From positions 496,001-560,000 of the forward strand of contig OU015569.1 in the NCBI GenBank assembly GCA_907165135.1: a DNA stretch of 64,000 bases. Reading direction: 5' to 3'. Below are positions 52,128 to 64,000 of this stretch, in pieces. Made by a program: the position numbers and the translations under genes. The notes beneath the pieces are model-generated. The model made no database searches and was not told the origin of the DNA. It saw nothing but the letters and a program-made list of their open reading frames with translations. This DNA comes from Oikopleura dioica. Lineage: Eukaryota > Animalia > Chordata. Positions within the stretch are counted from its first letter, which is position 1. Every line of letters begins with the position of its first letter.

Positions 52128-53537
52128 CCCTGCTCAGAAAAAGGAGCGTTCCGATAATCAAAAGTCTACTTCTGAAATGTTCGAATTCGAAATGGAAAAT
52201 TGAATTTTTGGAAGAGCGATTTTGAAAAAGAGCAGTTAGTTTCGAAAGGACAGAAGTAGATTCAGTAGTTCAGAATTTTTGGAATAAAAATCATAAAAAC
52301 AGAAAGTTGAAATCAAGGATGGAATGCATGACAGAAGAAGAATGAACTGATTTTGATTGAAATTGAGATTTTGATTTTTTCACGATTTTCATGAGACTTT
52401 TTTCGAATTTCTTTTTTACTTTGATAGTTGCACGGATTGAAGATTCTTTAGTTTTTTTTACTTTGAGACAGATAGACTTTTTAAATCATTTTTGGCGGTT
52501 TGGGCGGCTTTTCGGGAGCTTTTTTCAGAGGCAGAGGAGGAGGTTCGTCTAGGGTTCCGCACGATTCGGACAGAGACTTTATATTTACCAAAATTTTTAA
52601 ATTCTACTAAAAATGACTAGTTGAATCCATATCCGATCCTTGTTTCCCCCCAATGCCATTTCTTTGGTTATTTTAAAGCTATTTAAAAATATAAAGTTTA
52701 AAAGGCTTATGCGCTCTGATTGGTCAGCTGCGCAAGCGACTTTTTCTAGACTGAAGATTCTTCCATCTGAACAACACAGTCAGAAATTCGACCAATCAGC
52801 GCACGGGAAATAAAAATGATAATAGTTTTGAAAACTTTAATTGATCAGCACACAAAAAGTTCGCTGAGTTATAATTTCATTTAAAAACGAAAACTATTAT
52901 TTTTTGGTGTTCTTTTTAATGGGAGGGCGGCTGAACGTGTGCGACAGAAATATACCGGAAAAACCGAGATAAATCGGCGAATTTTAAGAGTTATCAGAAT
53001 AAAAGTATCGTCATTTTCTTCGCCATAGTCGAAAACCTCAATCCCACTTAAAACTTCAAAATTTCTTATAGTTAATTTTGGTTTTTGAAATTTGGGTCCT
53101 CCGATCGTGCGGAACCCTAGGTTCGTCGGGCGAGAGAGGTGGGGAATAAATCTGAAGCTTGTTTAAAATGAATTCAATCAAAAAATTCTTAAATGCACCG
53201 CGATTCGGTTTTCTTCTTGACAAATTTTCGCTGGATTCCCGACTTTAACTAAACTAAAATTACTGTTGAAAATCGAGAAGCTATTTGCGGATTCGAGCAA
53301 AAAAGAACCAAAGCCGCAGAAAGCGCGGCTTTTTTTATCTTCTTTTGCTCGGAGCCGCGAAAATGGGGCTGTCTCGATTTTTAGCAGGAATTTTTGTTTG
53401 GTGGCAGTTGGAATTTCAGCGATAAGAAGTCAGGACGAAAACAGAATCGCGGTATTAATTAGTTTATTAATAATTTATTAATTGATTATGAATTAAGACG
53501 TTGTTTGCGACGAACCTTTAGCGTGCTATTCTCAGAT

Positions 53538-56500
53538 TCAGCCCATGATTCGGGTCTGGATCTGGACTGAGATTTGGGTCTTCTTGGGCGCATTGGCGTC
53601 GCCTTTTTGATTATTGGTTAGTTCGCTTTTCGCAAAAGAGAGTACTCACATGCTCACGCAGCTCTACCGTCGAGCTAAAGTTGAAAGTCGGCTTGATGAT
53701 GCGTTCTGGCGATTTTGAGCGGAACGAGTCGGAGGAGATTTGACGGCGGAGTTCTTGAGCCGCTACGATTTAAAATTCGACTTAAGAAAGGTTGAAAGTT
53801 GAGTACTTTTATTGAGCGTTTCGCGGATGTTGTCGGTTTTGTCGACCAGCCACTCGGTCGGCCTCGACTGCCGCCTCGATTTCTTCAAAGAGGCGATTTT
53901 GGAATCCGAACGGGCCACTTTCTTCTTCGGCAGCGTCTTCATCTACAATAAGAATCAGCTAAAAAGCAAAGTAAAGGGTCGATTTACCGGAATCTCGGGC
54001 ATATCCTGATAGGCGCTGCCCGGACGCGAGCCGGAACCAGACGAGTTGTCCTCCACCGAAACGCGGGAAGCATCGACGGTCGACTTTCGACGGAGACGAC
54101 TCTCACGGCGATTGATCGAAGTTGGCAAACGCTGCAGCGAGGAAGATATTGTTCGCCTTTAGAGTGGATCGATCGCGAAACAAAAATAAGACCCCTTTCA
54201 AAGATTTGAGCGTTGAAAACTGAGCTGTGCTCGTGCCAAACAACGCCATTCGAATCATTATTCTGTTTCTTAAAATCCAGTTCCTTCCATATTTCTCTTC
54301 GACGTCGGCCTTCAACTTGTGAAAAATGCTGGTCAAGTCGTCGTGAAGCGGGGCGAGCGTCGGCTGGTAAGTGTCCACTAAGTTGCCATGGAGCACCATC
54401 AATTTCTCGAGAATGGGGATCTGCTCGGCCATCAAGTCTTTCAACCTGTTGATTTGCTTGTATTCGGCGGCTGTGGCGTTCTGCGCGAACGCAGCCGAGA
54501 AGAAGGCCTCTTCGTAGTTGGAGAAGCCGCGCGATACTGCCGGATCGACCGTGCCCTTTAGCGTCTGGGTCAGCTGCTGGAATTGTTCCACGTCTTGGCT
54601 GTACTCCTTCACCATCGCCGTCAGCTCGGCGTTTCGAGAGTCGACGATTGCGATCGCGTTTTCAAGCGGCTTTTTATCGGGATAGCTCTATTCTTATCTA
54701 ATCTTCATTTCGGTCAATCTCAATATAAATAGAAAAGCGTATCCGTTCCGAGAGCGTTTCAGTGTTTGTGTCTTCTACTTCGTACCATCTGAGAATCCCG
54801 GGAAACCGCCCCGCCGTCCTGTAAATTCGCCGCTCGATCCACATCGTCGCGTGTTCGTTGTTGACGAGCCGCGTTCCTTGGTGGAATCGCCGGTCGTACT
54901 TGAAGTTGCTCGTCTCGTTGCACATGTAGTACTGCAGGATTTTCGGAGGCACGGGTTTTTCCTGCGAGCTTTTAGTAATTCATGGTTTTGAGAACTGAAG
55001 CTTACCTTGAATTGGGCGGGGATGTTGCCGACTGGCTTCACTTCGTAAACTTGCAAGTGCTGCTCGATTGACTGCTTGATGTGTGGATCTGGAGGCTTCG
55101 TATTGTTCATCACCTTTGACTTCGGATATCGAGACTGTAAAAAGGCTTTTCAAAAAGAAGGTAAATCATGGAGGCAAACCTGGATGGTGTCGATGAGATC
55201 GTCCCTGAGCTCGAACTCGTTGCCTCTGTAAATAAACATCCTGTTCGAATACTGCTCGGGCCAGCCGTGTCCGAAGTAGCCGACGAAGAAGTAGGGCGAG
55301 GGGATTCGCACAACAGACTTGTCGACGATCTTGCGGCTTAGTCGAGAGCGCATCTCTAGCCGCTCGGCCAGGCTCACATAGTCCAGCTGGTTTTCTTCGT
55401 ATTCCTTCTCGATCTCTTTCGAGCAGCGGATCGCTTCTTCCCACATCTTTCCTTTGTCCAGAAGCTCGATGATTTCCTCGTAGAGCTCTTCTTTTAAATC
55501 TCGCTCTGTGTGGCAATTCTGGTACTTTAAAACCACGGAGGAGCAGTAGTTGCTGAAAATGATGAAATCAAGGATGAAAAACTCAGTTTTGAGTACCTGA
55601 TTGAGAGAGAGCGAGGTTCCCAGGACAATCTATCAGCGTGTTCCAAGAGAACGAACGCTGCTTCCGCGAAATTGTTAGTCTCTTTGTGAATTTTGTAGAG
55701 TTTGTAGAGATAGTCGATGTAGAGGTCGTCCCGGTTGAGCTCATTTCTGTAGAACTTCAAGAGCTTCTCGATGACGATCATGGCGTCGATTTGGTCTTTG
55801 GAGACGTTGGCGCGGAACTCGAGCAGCAGATTCATAAAAATGTTGACTTTTCGGACGAAATCGAGTCCCAAAGCCTGAAGCTTCTGGTTCCGCTGACACC
55901 AAGAGGAGAGGATGTTGACGAAGAGCTCGACGTACTGCTGGTCGCCCAGGCCGTCCGAGAAGTGCTTGTCCAGCGAGGAAATGACCGCGTGCTCGACGAT
56001 TGGGAAGGTAGCATTCTTGCTCGTCGCCACTTCGAAATTGATCATATCGTAGAAAATTGGCAGCGTCTCTTCGCGCAGCGACTTGACCGGAACCAAACTC
56101 ATCCGCAGAAAATTCTGCAGAACGTCTTGAGCTTCGTGCGTGATGAAGTCTTGCTTGTTGCGACCCAAATTGTTCCACATTTCCTTGACCAGCGTGGCCA
56201 CTTGGAGACGCATGTCCCCATAGATCAGCTTCATCTTTAGTCTTTTGATGAAGACTTTCTCCTCAATCTGCAGAATCGGCTGGCTGAGGAAGAAGATCGA
56301 AATGTTGAAGAAGCTCTTCCAGAGTTCAAAGTTGAACTCACTTTTGCTCTGGAAGTACGAATAGAGCGTCAGGGAGGTCATTCTGATGCAGTTGAGGATT
56401 GTCGCGGCGGATTGGATGCTGAGCTGGACCCACTCTTTCGGAATGGAGAAGTCGCACTGCGCCGAGATCTGGATGAACTCGTACAGCTGCATCAAAAACT

Positions 56501-59500
56501 GCTTGAGGTGGAAGTGGTTAGAGCCCTCATTTTCCGTCACCGAGTCGATCAAGTACTGGTAAAGATCCTGCGACAGCCAGTTCAGCACCGTCACGATCGT
56601 TGAAAACAAATGCTGAGTGGACTCTTTCGAAGATTCGTCCAAGCTCCCAGTCTCGACAGATTTGACAAAGCGCTTCATTAGAGGGCGCAGTAGCTGAGCA
56701 AGAATGACTTTCTGCGAGACGGAATTGTTTTCGCAGGCGCAAATGATGTCGCCAATTAACGCCGCCGTAGCAGCTGGTTCGATGTTCAATTCGAGCATTG
56801 AGTTCAATTGAGCCACAAGCTCCTCCAAAATAATCTTCTGGCAATCAGGGAAGTCAGTGAACACCACCGAATTGACCGATAAGTTGAAGAAGACGACGCG
56901 TTTCTCAATGAGCTGCTGCTCGTCGTAGCGGCTTTCTCCGGGAATGAAGCCTATCTGGCGCATTATCGCCACCATTTGCTACGATCGAGGTTATTTTTGA
57001 TTATTTGAAAACGTGCGAAAAGCGAAGCTCAACCAAGTTAACCCCGTGCCTGAGCTAGTAGGTCGGGGGCGATGACGTGCACGAGCTCGTCTAGTGTCGC
57101 GGGCAGATTTTGGAAAACAGCTGCATGCGCGGTCAGACTTTGGCCCTTCTCATTTAGCAACCTCTGGATCGAGCAAAAGAAGCCTTCGACCAGCGACTCG
57201 AAGGAAATGTCGTGCACGAAGTAAGTGGCCGGATCCGAGTCTCCAAGCGTCTTGTACAGCTTTTGCGAGCGTACGATGAACTTGAAGAGGTATTTCAAGC
57301 TACGCACAACCATGTAACGACCCTTCAACTCATTGTCCGCTGATCGGGCTGATCTGGAAAGGGATCTTTTTGCGAAAAAATAAAGATAAAATTGCGAAAT
57401 ATTGGATTTTAAATAAAAGATTTTTACGAAAATTTGGATCCCTAGATCTGGAACGTTCTCTCGTTTCGATTCTTTTGTTGATCAGCTGAAGAAGACGGAC
57501 AGCAGCGAGCGTTTGCGAAAAATGAACGTTGATGTATTCTTCGAGCACTTCCTGGAACTGCTTGAATCGTTCGTTCCCGACGATCTGGATCAAACTCGAC
57601 AAAGTCAAAAGCACATCTTCGTCGAACTTCTTCAAACTTGAGTCGTTCAAAATTCCGAAGAGCGCGTCGAGAATGTCGGTCAAGAAAATCATGATTTCGT
57701 GCTGCTTGCCGCTAACTTTGGAATCGCCGATCGAGTCGTAGCGCCGCAGCGATTCCAAATATTCATCGAGTTTACTCGGATCGCTCTTCCAACGGAGCAG
57801 GCCGATGATTCCGCCATCCTGGGGCAGCTTCGTCGAGTAAAGCGACGTCCGCACGTGGATAAAGTCCTTGGTCGCGTGGATGCCGTCTGAAGACGCCAAG
57901 TCGGAGAGACCATCTTCCGTGTGGCGCGCTTGGAGGGGCAAGAAGTTGGCCGATTTGATCTTTGATGCATCTGCTTTGTAAACGATCAGCTGAGATGAAG
58001 GTTAGGGCTATTCTGTAATTCATGATTCTCACCTTGTAATCATTGTCTTGAATGGTGCCACTTTTGTGCGACTTGAGCGGTAAGAAGGCAAAGGCGAATT
58101 CCTGCTCGCTCTTGTCTTTTGACTGCGTCGTCGAGCGATGCCGAAAGGTGAAGAGGACGTATGCTTTTTGAACTCGTCGACGGGGATGCGCATTTTGACC
58201 CACTCCATCCAGTTGGGAGACTTTTCCATGTAGTAAACGTGGCTGCGGAAGTGGCTGCAGGGGACGGCGAACTCGCCGTGCGCGAACGTCCCCGGGATCA
58301 CGTTGTCCTGGACGCGCACGGACATTTCCACTTGAATGCTGCGCGCTTGCTTGGTCGATTTCTCGAAGTTGCCGCTCCGCAAAAGAATGTAGAAGTCGTT
58401 TCGGTACAAGCCGGGCATGATCACGTCCGGGAAGGTGCGTCGCTCCACGATTTGGCAGCCGACTTGGTTGCCGACCAGTTCGCTGTTCGCTTTCTTGATG
58501 TGCTCTAGGGAGCCGTGCAGAACGCAGAAAGACACGAGCAGTTGGCCAAGCTCCTTGAGATTCGAGTTCTGCGCCATGTTGCTGACCGAGGAGCTCGTTT
58601 CCCGTCCAAAATGGTGGTTCACGCAGCGAATGATGAAGCGATGGAAGGGCTCATCGTTCCCGTAGCGGAAGACTTTCAGACTGACGATGGCGTCGCTTTT
58701 GACCGTCGGACTCAAAATGTCCTTCATCGAAATCGTGCACACGCCGAAGGGGCGTCTGATTCCACCAGTCTTGCCCTCGTTCTTCGACGCTTTCGAGCTC
58801 CCCAAACTCATCTGTTTCTTCTCCGCATCTTTCAGATCCATTTGGCCGACACGGACGATCGTTACGATCAACAGCACATTCGGATCTTCGAGCTCCGAGT
58901 TTGTCAAGTCCATGAAGAGACCCCTGAGCAAGTGGCCCTTGGATAAAATATCCGTGTTGACGTTTATTCGCACTTGGCTCCAGCGAATGAGCAAATTGTC
59001 GGAGATTTGATGGAAGCGGCCGACGGAGTCTGCTTTGGCGACGCAAACGTTGAATTCTGCCTCGTCGCCGAATTTGAAAAGCGCGTTGACGAGTCTGAAG
59101 TATATCTGCCGCTTGACGTTCTGGTCCTTGTTTCCCGCCTTGCGGATGCTCTCCAACGCGTCGTGAAAGTGGCTCGCCTCGGCGATGATGTTCTGCATCT
59201 GTTTCTGGCTCTTCCGCGACTTGGAGTACAACTGGACGGGGTTTGCCTCGCTGGGCAAAATCACGTTCATATTCGGCCCACGAACCGTGTGGTCCGCCCC
59301 GTACGCCTTCAAATGCGCGTTGCCAAAGTCCAAATGCTGTGCAAGTTCCTGGGCAATCTTGGCCGTTGCCGCCTGCGTCAACGAGCCAGAAACAAGCTTC
59401 CTTCGAAGCTCAAGAACGCGATTGATGAGAACCGCGACTTCCTGCTTTTTGAGCTCGACGCTGTCGTACTTTTCGTACTCGTACATCTTCTCCAAGTACT

Positions 59501-59811
59501 TGGACCACTCGGTGACGCTCGAAGCTGCTTCGTCGATGATCTTCAGAGTTCGCTGCGGCTTGAGATGAATGTAGCACTTGGGGAAAATCCCCAGACGGTC
59601 GGGCTCGTCCACCTTGTAGCCGCGGAACCAGTCGCCGGAGATTTCGTTGATGACGACCATGTCCCCAAGCCAAAGCTCAAGCGCTGCCGGGAAACTTTTT
59701 CAAGAGTTAAAAATGATGTCCCTTTGATAACAATAATTTAGGTTTTGAACTCTGTTTCCTTTTGTGGCTGAAGTTTCCCAGCGCGATGCCGACTTGCGGG
59801 GCACTCCCCAT
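53538..59811 (-). CDS. DOCK: Dedicator of cytokinesis, DOCK-A group (DOCK1/2/5-like): SH3, C2/DHR1, DHR2; 3' end approximate
   Basis: SH3 LELWLGDMVVI...WFRGY...GIFPKCYIHLK, IRRPFGV, PGLYRNDFYILL, DHR2 EAAFVLLEHA...LDKGKMWEEAI...YFFVGYFG-x-GWP...GTVDPAVSRGFSNYEEAFF; GA-AG introns at 59695-59758 and 54157-54283. Confidence 0.95.
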
Positions 59812-60241
59812 TTTCGGCCGATTTGGAGATTTTGAAGAGTCCGATTTCGCGAATTTCGATTCTGAAATAACAAAAATGACTTCAGACCAAAAAATCGAGA
59901 AAATGTCTTTCAACGACTGTGGCCTAAACTAGTGCTCTCTGGATGCTTTTCCGTATTGGCGAATTCTGAAAATGACTTTTTCTTTTTGAAATTGAACTCT
60001 TTGGAAACTGAATCACGCTGAATAAGCGTCTTGAACTCGCGTTGCGAAAAAATTAACGAGCTGATGCTGAATTCGAAATCACCAAAAAGCCTCGAATTTT
60101 TGATAACATTTCAATCAGGCAATTTGTTGATCCTTCAAAGTCCTGCATGAATCACCTTTTTTTGCGAAAATATGCATGTTTGTGCTTTCCTGCGAAATTT
60201 GAAAAGAATTGAGTCCATTGGAATGGCTTTCCATAGGGATA

Positions 60242-60427
60242 TGGGTTCGTTGGGGCTTTACGACCAATCAAAAGGGAGTATATTCTGTTTAAGCCAATCA
60301 CGGAGCACCTAACTCAACAGTTGGAAAAATCACGAAGGCTTTTTGAAACTGTTGGAGAAGATGTTCTGGGATTGGCTTAAACGGTAAATACTGCCTTTTG
60401 ATTGGCCGAAAAGCCCAAATGAACCCA
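60242..60427. mobile_element. TA-flanked MITE (Tc1/mariner-type target)
   Basis: TA|TGGGTTC...GGGCTTT-CGACCAATCAAAAGG...TTTAAGCCAATC mirrored at the right end ...GAACCCA|TA. Confidence 0.7.
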
Positions 60428-61502
60428 TATAAACATGGGGACTCGAGCAGGCGTCAAGGCTATTTTTTCTGCTTTTATAAATTAAGTCTAAGATAAACTG
60501 CAAGATACAATGGAAGAATAAGGTCGATGCTTGTATATTTTTTGATATTCAGGAGTTTTGATATTTCAACACGACAATTTTAACAGTTTAGTTGTTTGAT
60601 AAATTACTTTTGACAGGACAGAAGTTAGAAAATAAAAAAAAACCCAATTTATTTTTCGAAAAAAACAGAAGAAAATGCTAAAGAGGGTCAGAGGAAAAAG
60701 TTAAAAAAATACTATTTAGGCGCATTCTGGAAAAAAGTATATTATAAGTTGAGTGTTTATTTATTTTTGAGTTAATTAAATAAGACTTGAAACCTATACT
60801 GACCATTTCAGTACGTTGCTTGAAAAAAAACCGACCCTTAGAAAATCCAACTAGACTTTAGAAATGGTGCTATACTTTTCCCGACCCTTTAAAGTGCCAC
60901 TCCCACCCTTATTTAAAAAAAACTAAGGGTGGCCGTAAAATTAATTTAAATTAAAACCGTTTTTAATTTTTAAGATTAAAATCGTTAACTATTTAGCGTT
61001 GCTTTTGACAAAAAAAAAAATATTTGAGAAAAAAATCTCAAAACGCCAAAAAAGTCGCTTTTTAGAGAAACATTTTTTGAAAAAAATTTCTCTAAATTTC
61101 GCAATTTAGATTAAAAAAAGAAAAGGGAAAAAACCTTTTCTTTTTGAAAATAGGAATAGACAAAACCTTAAGGGCGTCTATTCCATATTATTATTTCTAT
61201 TTAAAATGATAAATAAAAAATATTTAAAGTCATATTTTTATGCTCGGAGTAAAAAACAGTAAAATGAAACAGATTCTGAGCACAAAATATACAAAAAGGA
61301 GGAATATTAAAATTAATATTACTTTTTAGAAGGACTTATATTTTCGATGATATTCGATATTATGTTCGCATAATAGTAATAATGTCTAAATGTTGATATA
61401 TTAATATATTTGGGCAGTGAAAAAAGTTAATAAATAAATAGATTTTAGACAGTTTTAGAGTTACAATACAATGCCCGGAAAAATACTTAGAAAGACATTT
61501 AA

Positions 61503-61667
61503 CCCTCCGGCGCGCGTTTGCCAAAGAAATGGCCACCACGCGCTCAAGGGTTAAATTTCTACTCTCGGACGCGTCTTCTGCCGAAAATACAACCGAGAGT
61601 TAGGTTCAAAGAAATTTAACTCGTGAGCGCGCGATGGCCATTTCTTTGGCAAATGCGCGCCGGAGGG
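61503..61667. mobile_element. piggyBac-like MITE
   Basis: TTAA|CCCTCCGGCGCGCGTTTGCCAAAGAAATGGCCA ... TGGCCATTTCTTTGGCAAATGCGCGCCGGAGGG|ATAA; CCCT...AGGG termini. Confidence 0.75.
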
Positions 61668-62281
61668 ATAAGGTTCTTTATTTGAACTTTTAAAATGAAG
61701 CGGTTAAAAAGTAAGAAACTAGGTCACATTTTGGTTAAATGTTTAGGAGGTTATTTACGGTGTTAAATTTTAATGTTTATGTTTTCTAGGAATGTAAAAA
61801 ATATTTCTCTTTCGGTTTAAAAAAAATAGCCAGAAAAAAGCCAGACAGAAAAAATAATCTTTAATGAACTCGTACAGAAACAAAATGGCGAAAATCAACG
61901 CTGATTGTACTAAAAGCAAAATTCATAACTGTAACTCATACTGTAGCTCAGACAGTAGTAGGCGAACATTGGTAGTAAGAAGAAAGTTTCCCGAAAAAAA
62001 TGGAAAAGAGAGAATCAGAAACAGTCACAAAAAAGGGGGAATTTCGATTTTGAAGAAACTAACTTTTTAAAAATTATTAAAAAAAAATTAAAAATATTCC
62101 AGTTTTTGGAAATTAAATTTAATAAAGCGCCCGTGGTGATGATTTTTTTGTGCGGAATTGAAAAATTTACTCGTGATAATTGAGAATTTGTAAATGATGC
62201 TTAATTTAAAATTAGATAAATAATAAAGAAGTGGTGAATGGTTAAAATGAAGGGAGAAGTGAGCAGACTGTAACTGGCAAG

Positions 62282-63830
62282 CTACATGTTGTACTGGGCG
62301 GCGAGCTTTTCCGAAAGTGGTGCTGGAAACTGGCTCCGGAAGTTCGTCCATTGCACTTCCCCGACCTGAAGTTTTTGGGTGAGGGAAGAACACAGGCTCA
62401 GAAACCTGTGTTGGAAACCTGACTCTTTTCTACACAGATTCATAAGCCCAAAAATTCAAATTTTATAATTATTAATTTTAGCGGTTTTTTATTCTTTCTT
62501 TAAAAAGATGTCTCAGTAACTGGAAATTGGGAAGAGCTAATATTTGAAATATTAGCTCTGATTAGTCGTTTATGATTTCATCAAGAAAAATGTCAAAAAA
62601 GAGTCGCTTCAAAAATTAGACTCTGAATAGGTTTAATTTGGCTTTGGTGAGTCAGAAAGATTACTCTTGGGTAAGTTACTCGTGATGAGACTGGAGTAGG
62701 AATGCGGCGGCGATTTCCAATAATTCGAACAAGAATTTAAAACATGTCTTTTCAAATTCTAGTTTCAAAAATAAGCAAGAAAAATAGACAGTAGCCTTGT
62801 CTGCCGAAGTGACTTACCTGCGCGCGGAACTCGTTCAAAATCTGCGAGAACATCTGTTTTAGATCCTCCTTTGGATTGATCCAGGAGACGATCGCGTCGA
62901 TGAAGTATATTAATTCCTGAAATATACTTTGGTTAAAAATAAATAATCTTCAAAATTACATGAACGGCGGCGGCAGCGTTCTCCCTGATCATGAGGCACA
63001 TTCCCCTGAAAGCGGAGTCTTTTTCCTCGTTGTCGCGAATGTTCCTCAAGCTGGTGCACCAGGTGCGGATGAACTGGCCCAAGAAAGGGGCCACTTCTTT
63101 GTGGCAGTACAGACCTAGCCGGCCCAAAGTGATTCCCGTGTTTTCCAAAAGCGTCTTTGGCGTCGTCACCCGCCGCGAAATGTCGATAAGCGGCGGCAAA
63201 ACCGTCTTTTAGCCATTTTTCATTTTTGAAACGATAAAAAATGCAGTACCTGGATGTGCTGCTTCATCCCTTCGCCGTGGACGATGGCCACTTCGCCGAT
63301 CGCCCAGCAAGCGTTGTTACAAACGGAAATGTAGTCCGGATTTAGGTTTCTTCGAAAATTTCAACAATTTATCGGTGAAAAAAAATGGAAATATTCAAAC
63401 TACCGGTGGTTTTCCTCAAATCTCGAACAGCGCCGCCACTGCGAGTTTCGAGGCTCCTGATTGGCAAAGCTCAAAAATGTCTCCAAATCTGGAGACAGTT
63501 AAGATTAATTATTTTTATAATTATTGAATAATTAATAATATTGTTTAAAACAATTTAAAAGATCGTTGAACGTGTTGAAACATTCCTAGCAAGAATTGGC
63601 AGTAGTTGATTGACGCAGGGCTGGACAAGTTTGAAGCAGGCTTTGGTTAGATCGCCCAGGAGCGCAAACGCTGAAAGAGCGAGTTGAAACAGAAAGAGGC
63701 ATTGTTCGCTTCTCACCTGATTGTCGCACTTCTGGCAGCGGGTCCATCATACACGAGCCCATCAAGTTCAGCAGATTGCTTTGCGCGACCAAGGGCTCTA
63801 GAATGTTCCCCATTCCCTCGGCGAGGCCTT
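62282..63830 (-). CDS. TNPO1: Transportin-1 (karyopherin beta-2), 3' part; upstream exons lie beyond the window
   Basis: [78 protein letters not shown], ends LAAQYNM*. Confidence 0.95.
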
Positions 63831-64000
63831 GGACAAGTTCAAATCAAAGCCGGGTTATTAAGTTGGCTTTAGTTGCAGAATAGGTTAGGGTTAGCGTAAC
63901 ACATCCCATTCTGATGACCAAAGAATGACCAGTTTCTGAATAATTTGCGACAAAAATCGAGAAGCCGCTTGCGGCTTCGAGTAAAAGGAAAAAAATAGCC

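Noticed and set aside
55638-59741. Long plus-strand ORFs (200 aa, 255 aa and others)
   Set aside because: Antisense shadows of DOCK exons
43635-63897. TAACCCTAACCC (about 43636) and GGTTAGGGTTAG (about 63883) telomere-like words
   Set aside because: Only about two units each, which is expected by chance

Overview
Eukaryotic, intron-rich animal DNA. It is most consistent with a larvacean tunicate (Oikopleura-like); this is an inference from short introns, many AG|GA...AG non-canonical introns, splice acceptors a few nt before ATGs, and gene content. I assembled these genes by hand. Minus strand: NAT8-like GNAT, 2xBIR+RING IAP, MRM2, DNAL4, intronless Fos, a RING protein, ZFAND2, CDIPT, a SEPT6-group septin, KCMF1, a DOCK-A GEF and the 3' part of transportin-1. 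Plus strand: a Cys-loop receptor subunit, an uncharacterised gene, a trypsin-like protease and a PPIB-like cyclophilin. About 50 copies or fragments (counted by eye) of one palindromic hAT-like MITE family fill the window; they have 8-bp TSDs, a CTGGG...CCCAG terminus and an AP-1 site in each arm. TTAA-flanked Kolobok-like and piggyBac-like elements are also present. Main observations: (1) MITE/hAT copies sit inside conserved coding exons and appear to act as introns (introner-like), helped by a terminus that ends in CAG on both strands; (2) a probable trypsin + Cys-rich modules + cyclophilin fusion; (3) a DOCK 5'UTR complementary to the Oikopleura spliced leader as I recall it; (4) a c-fos-like SRE/ETS/TATA/CRE promoter; (5) an orphan BIR exon copy with only synonymous changes. 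Several reading frames need A-run corrections that look like assembly homopolymer errors. All gene models are manual and were not checked against RNA data.
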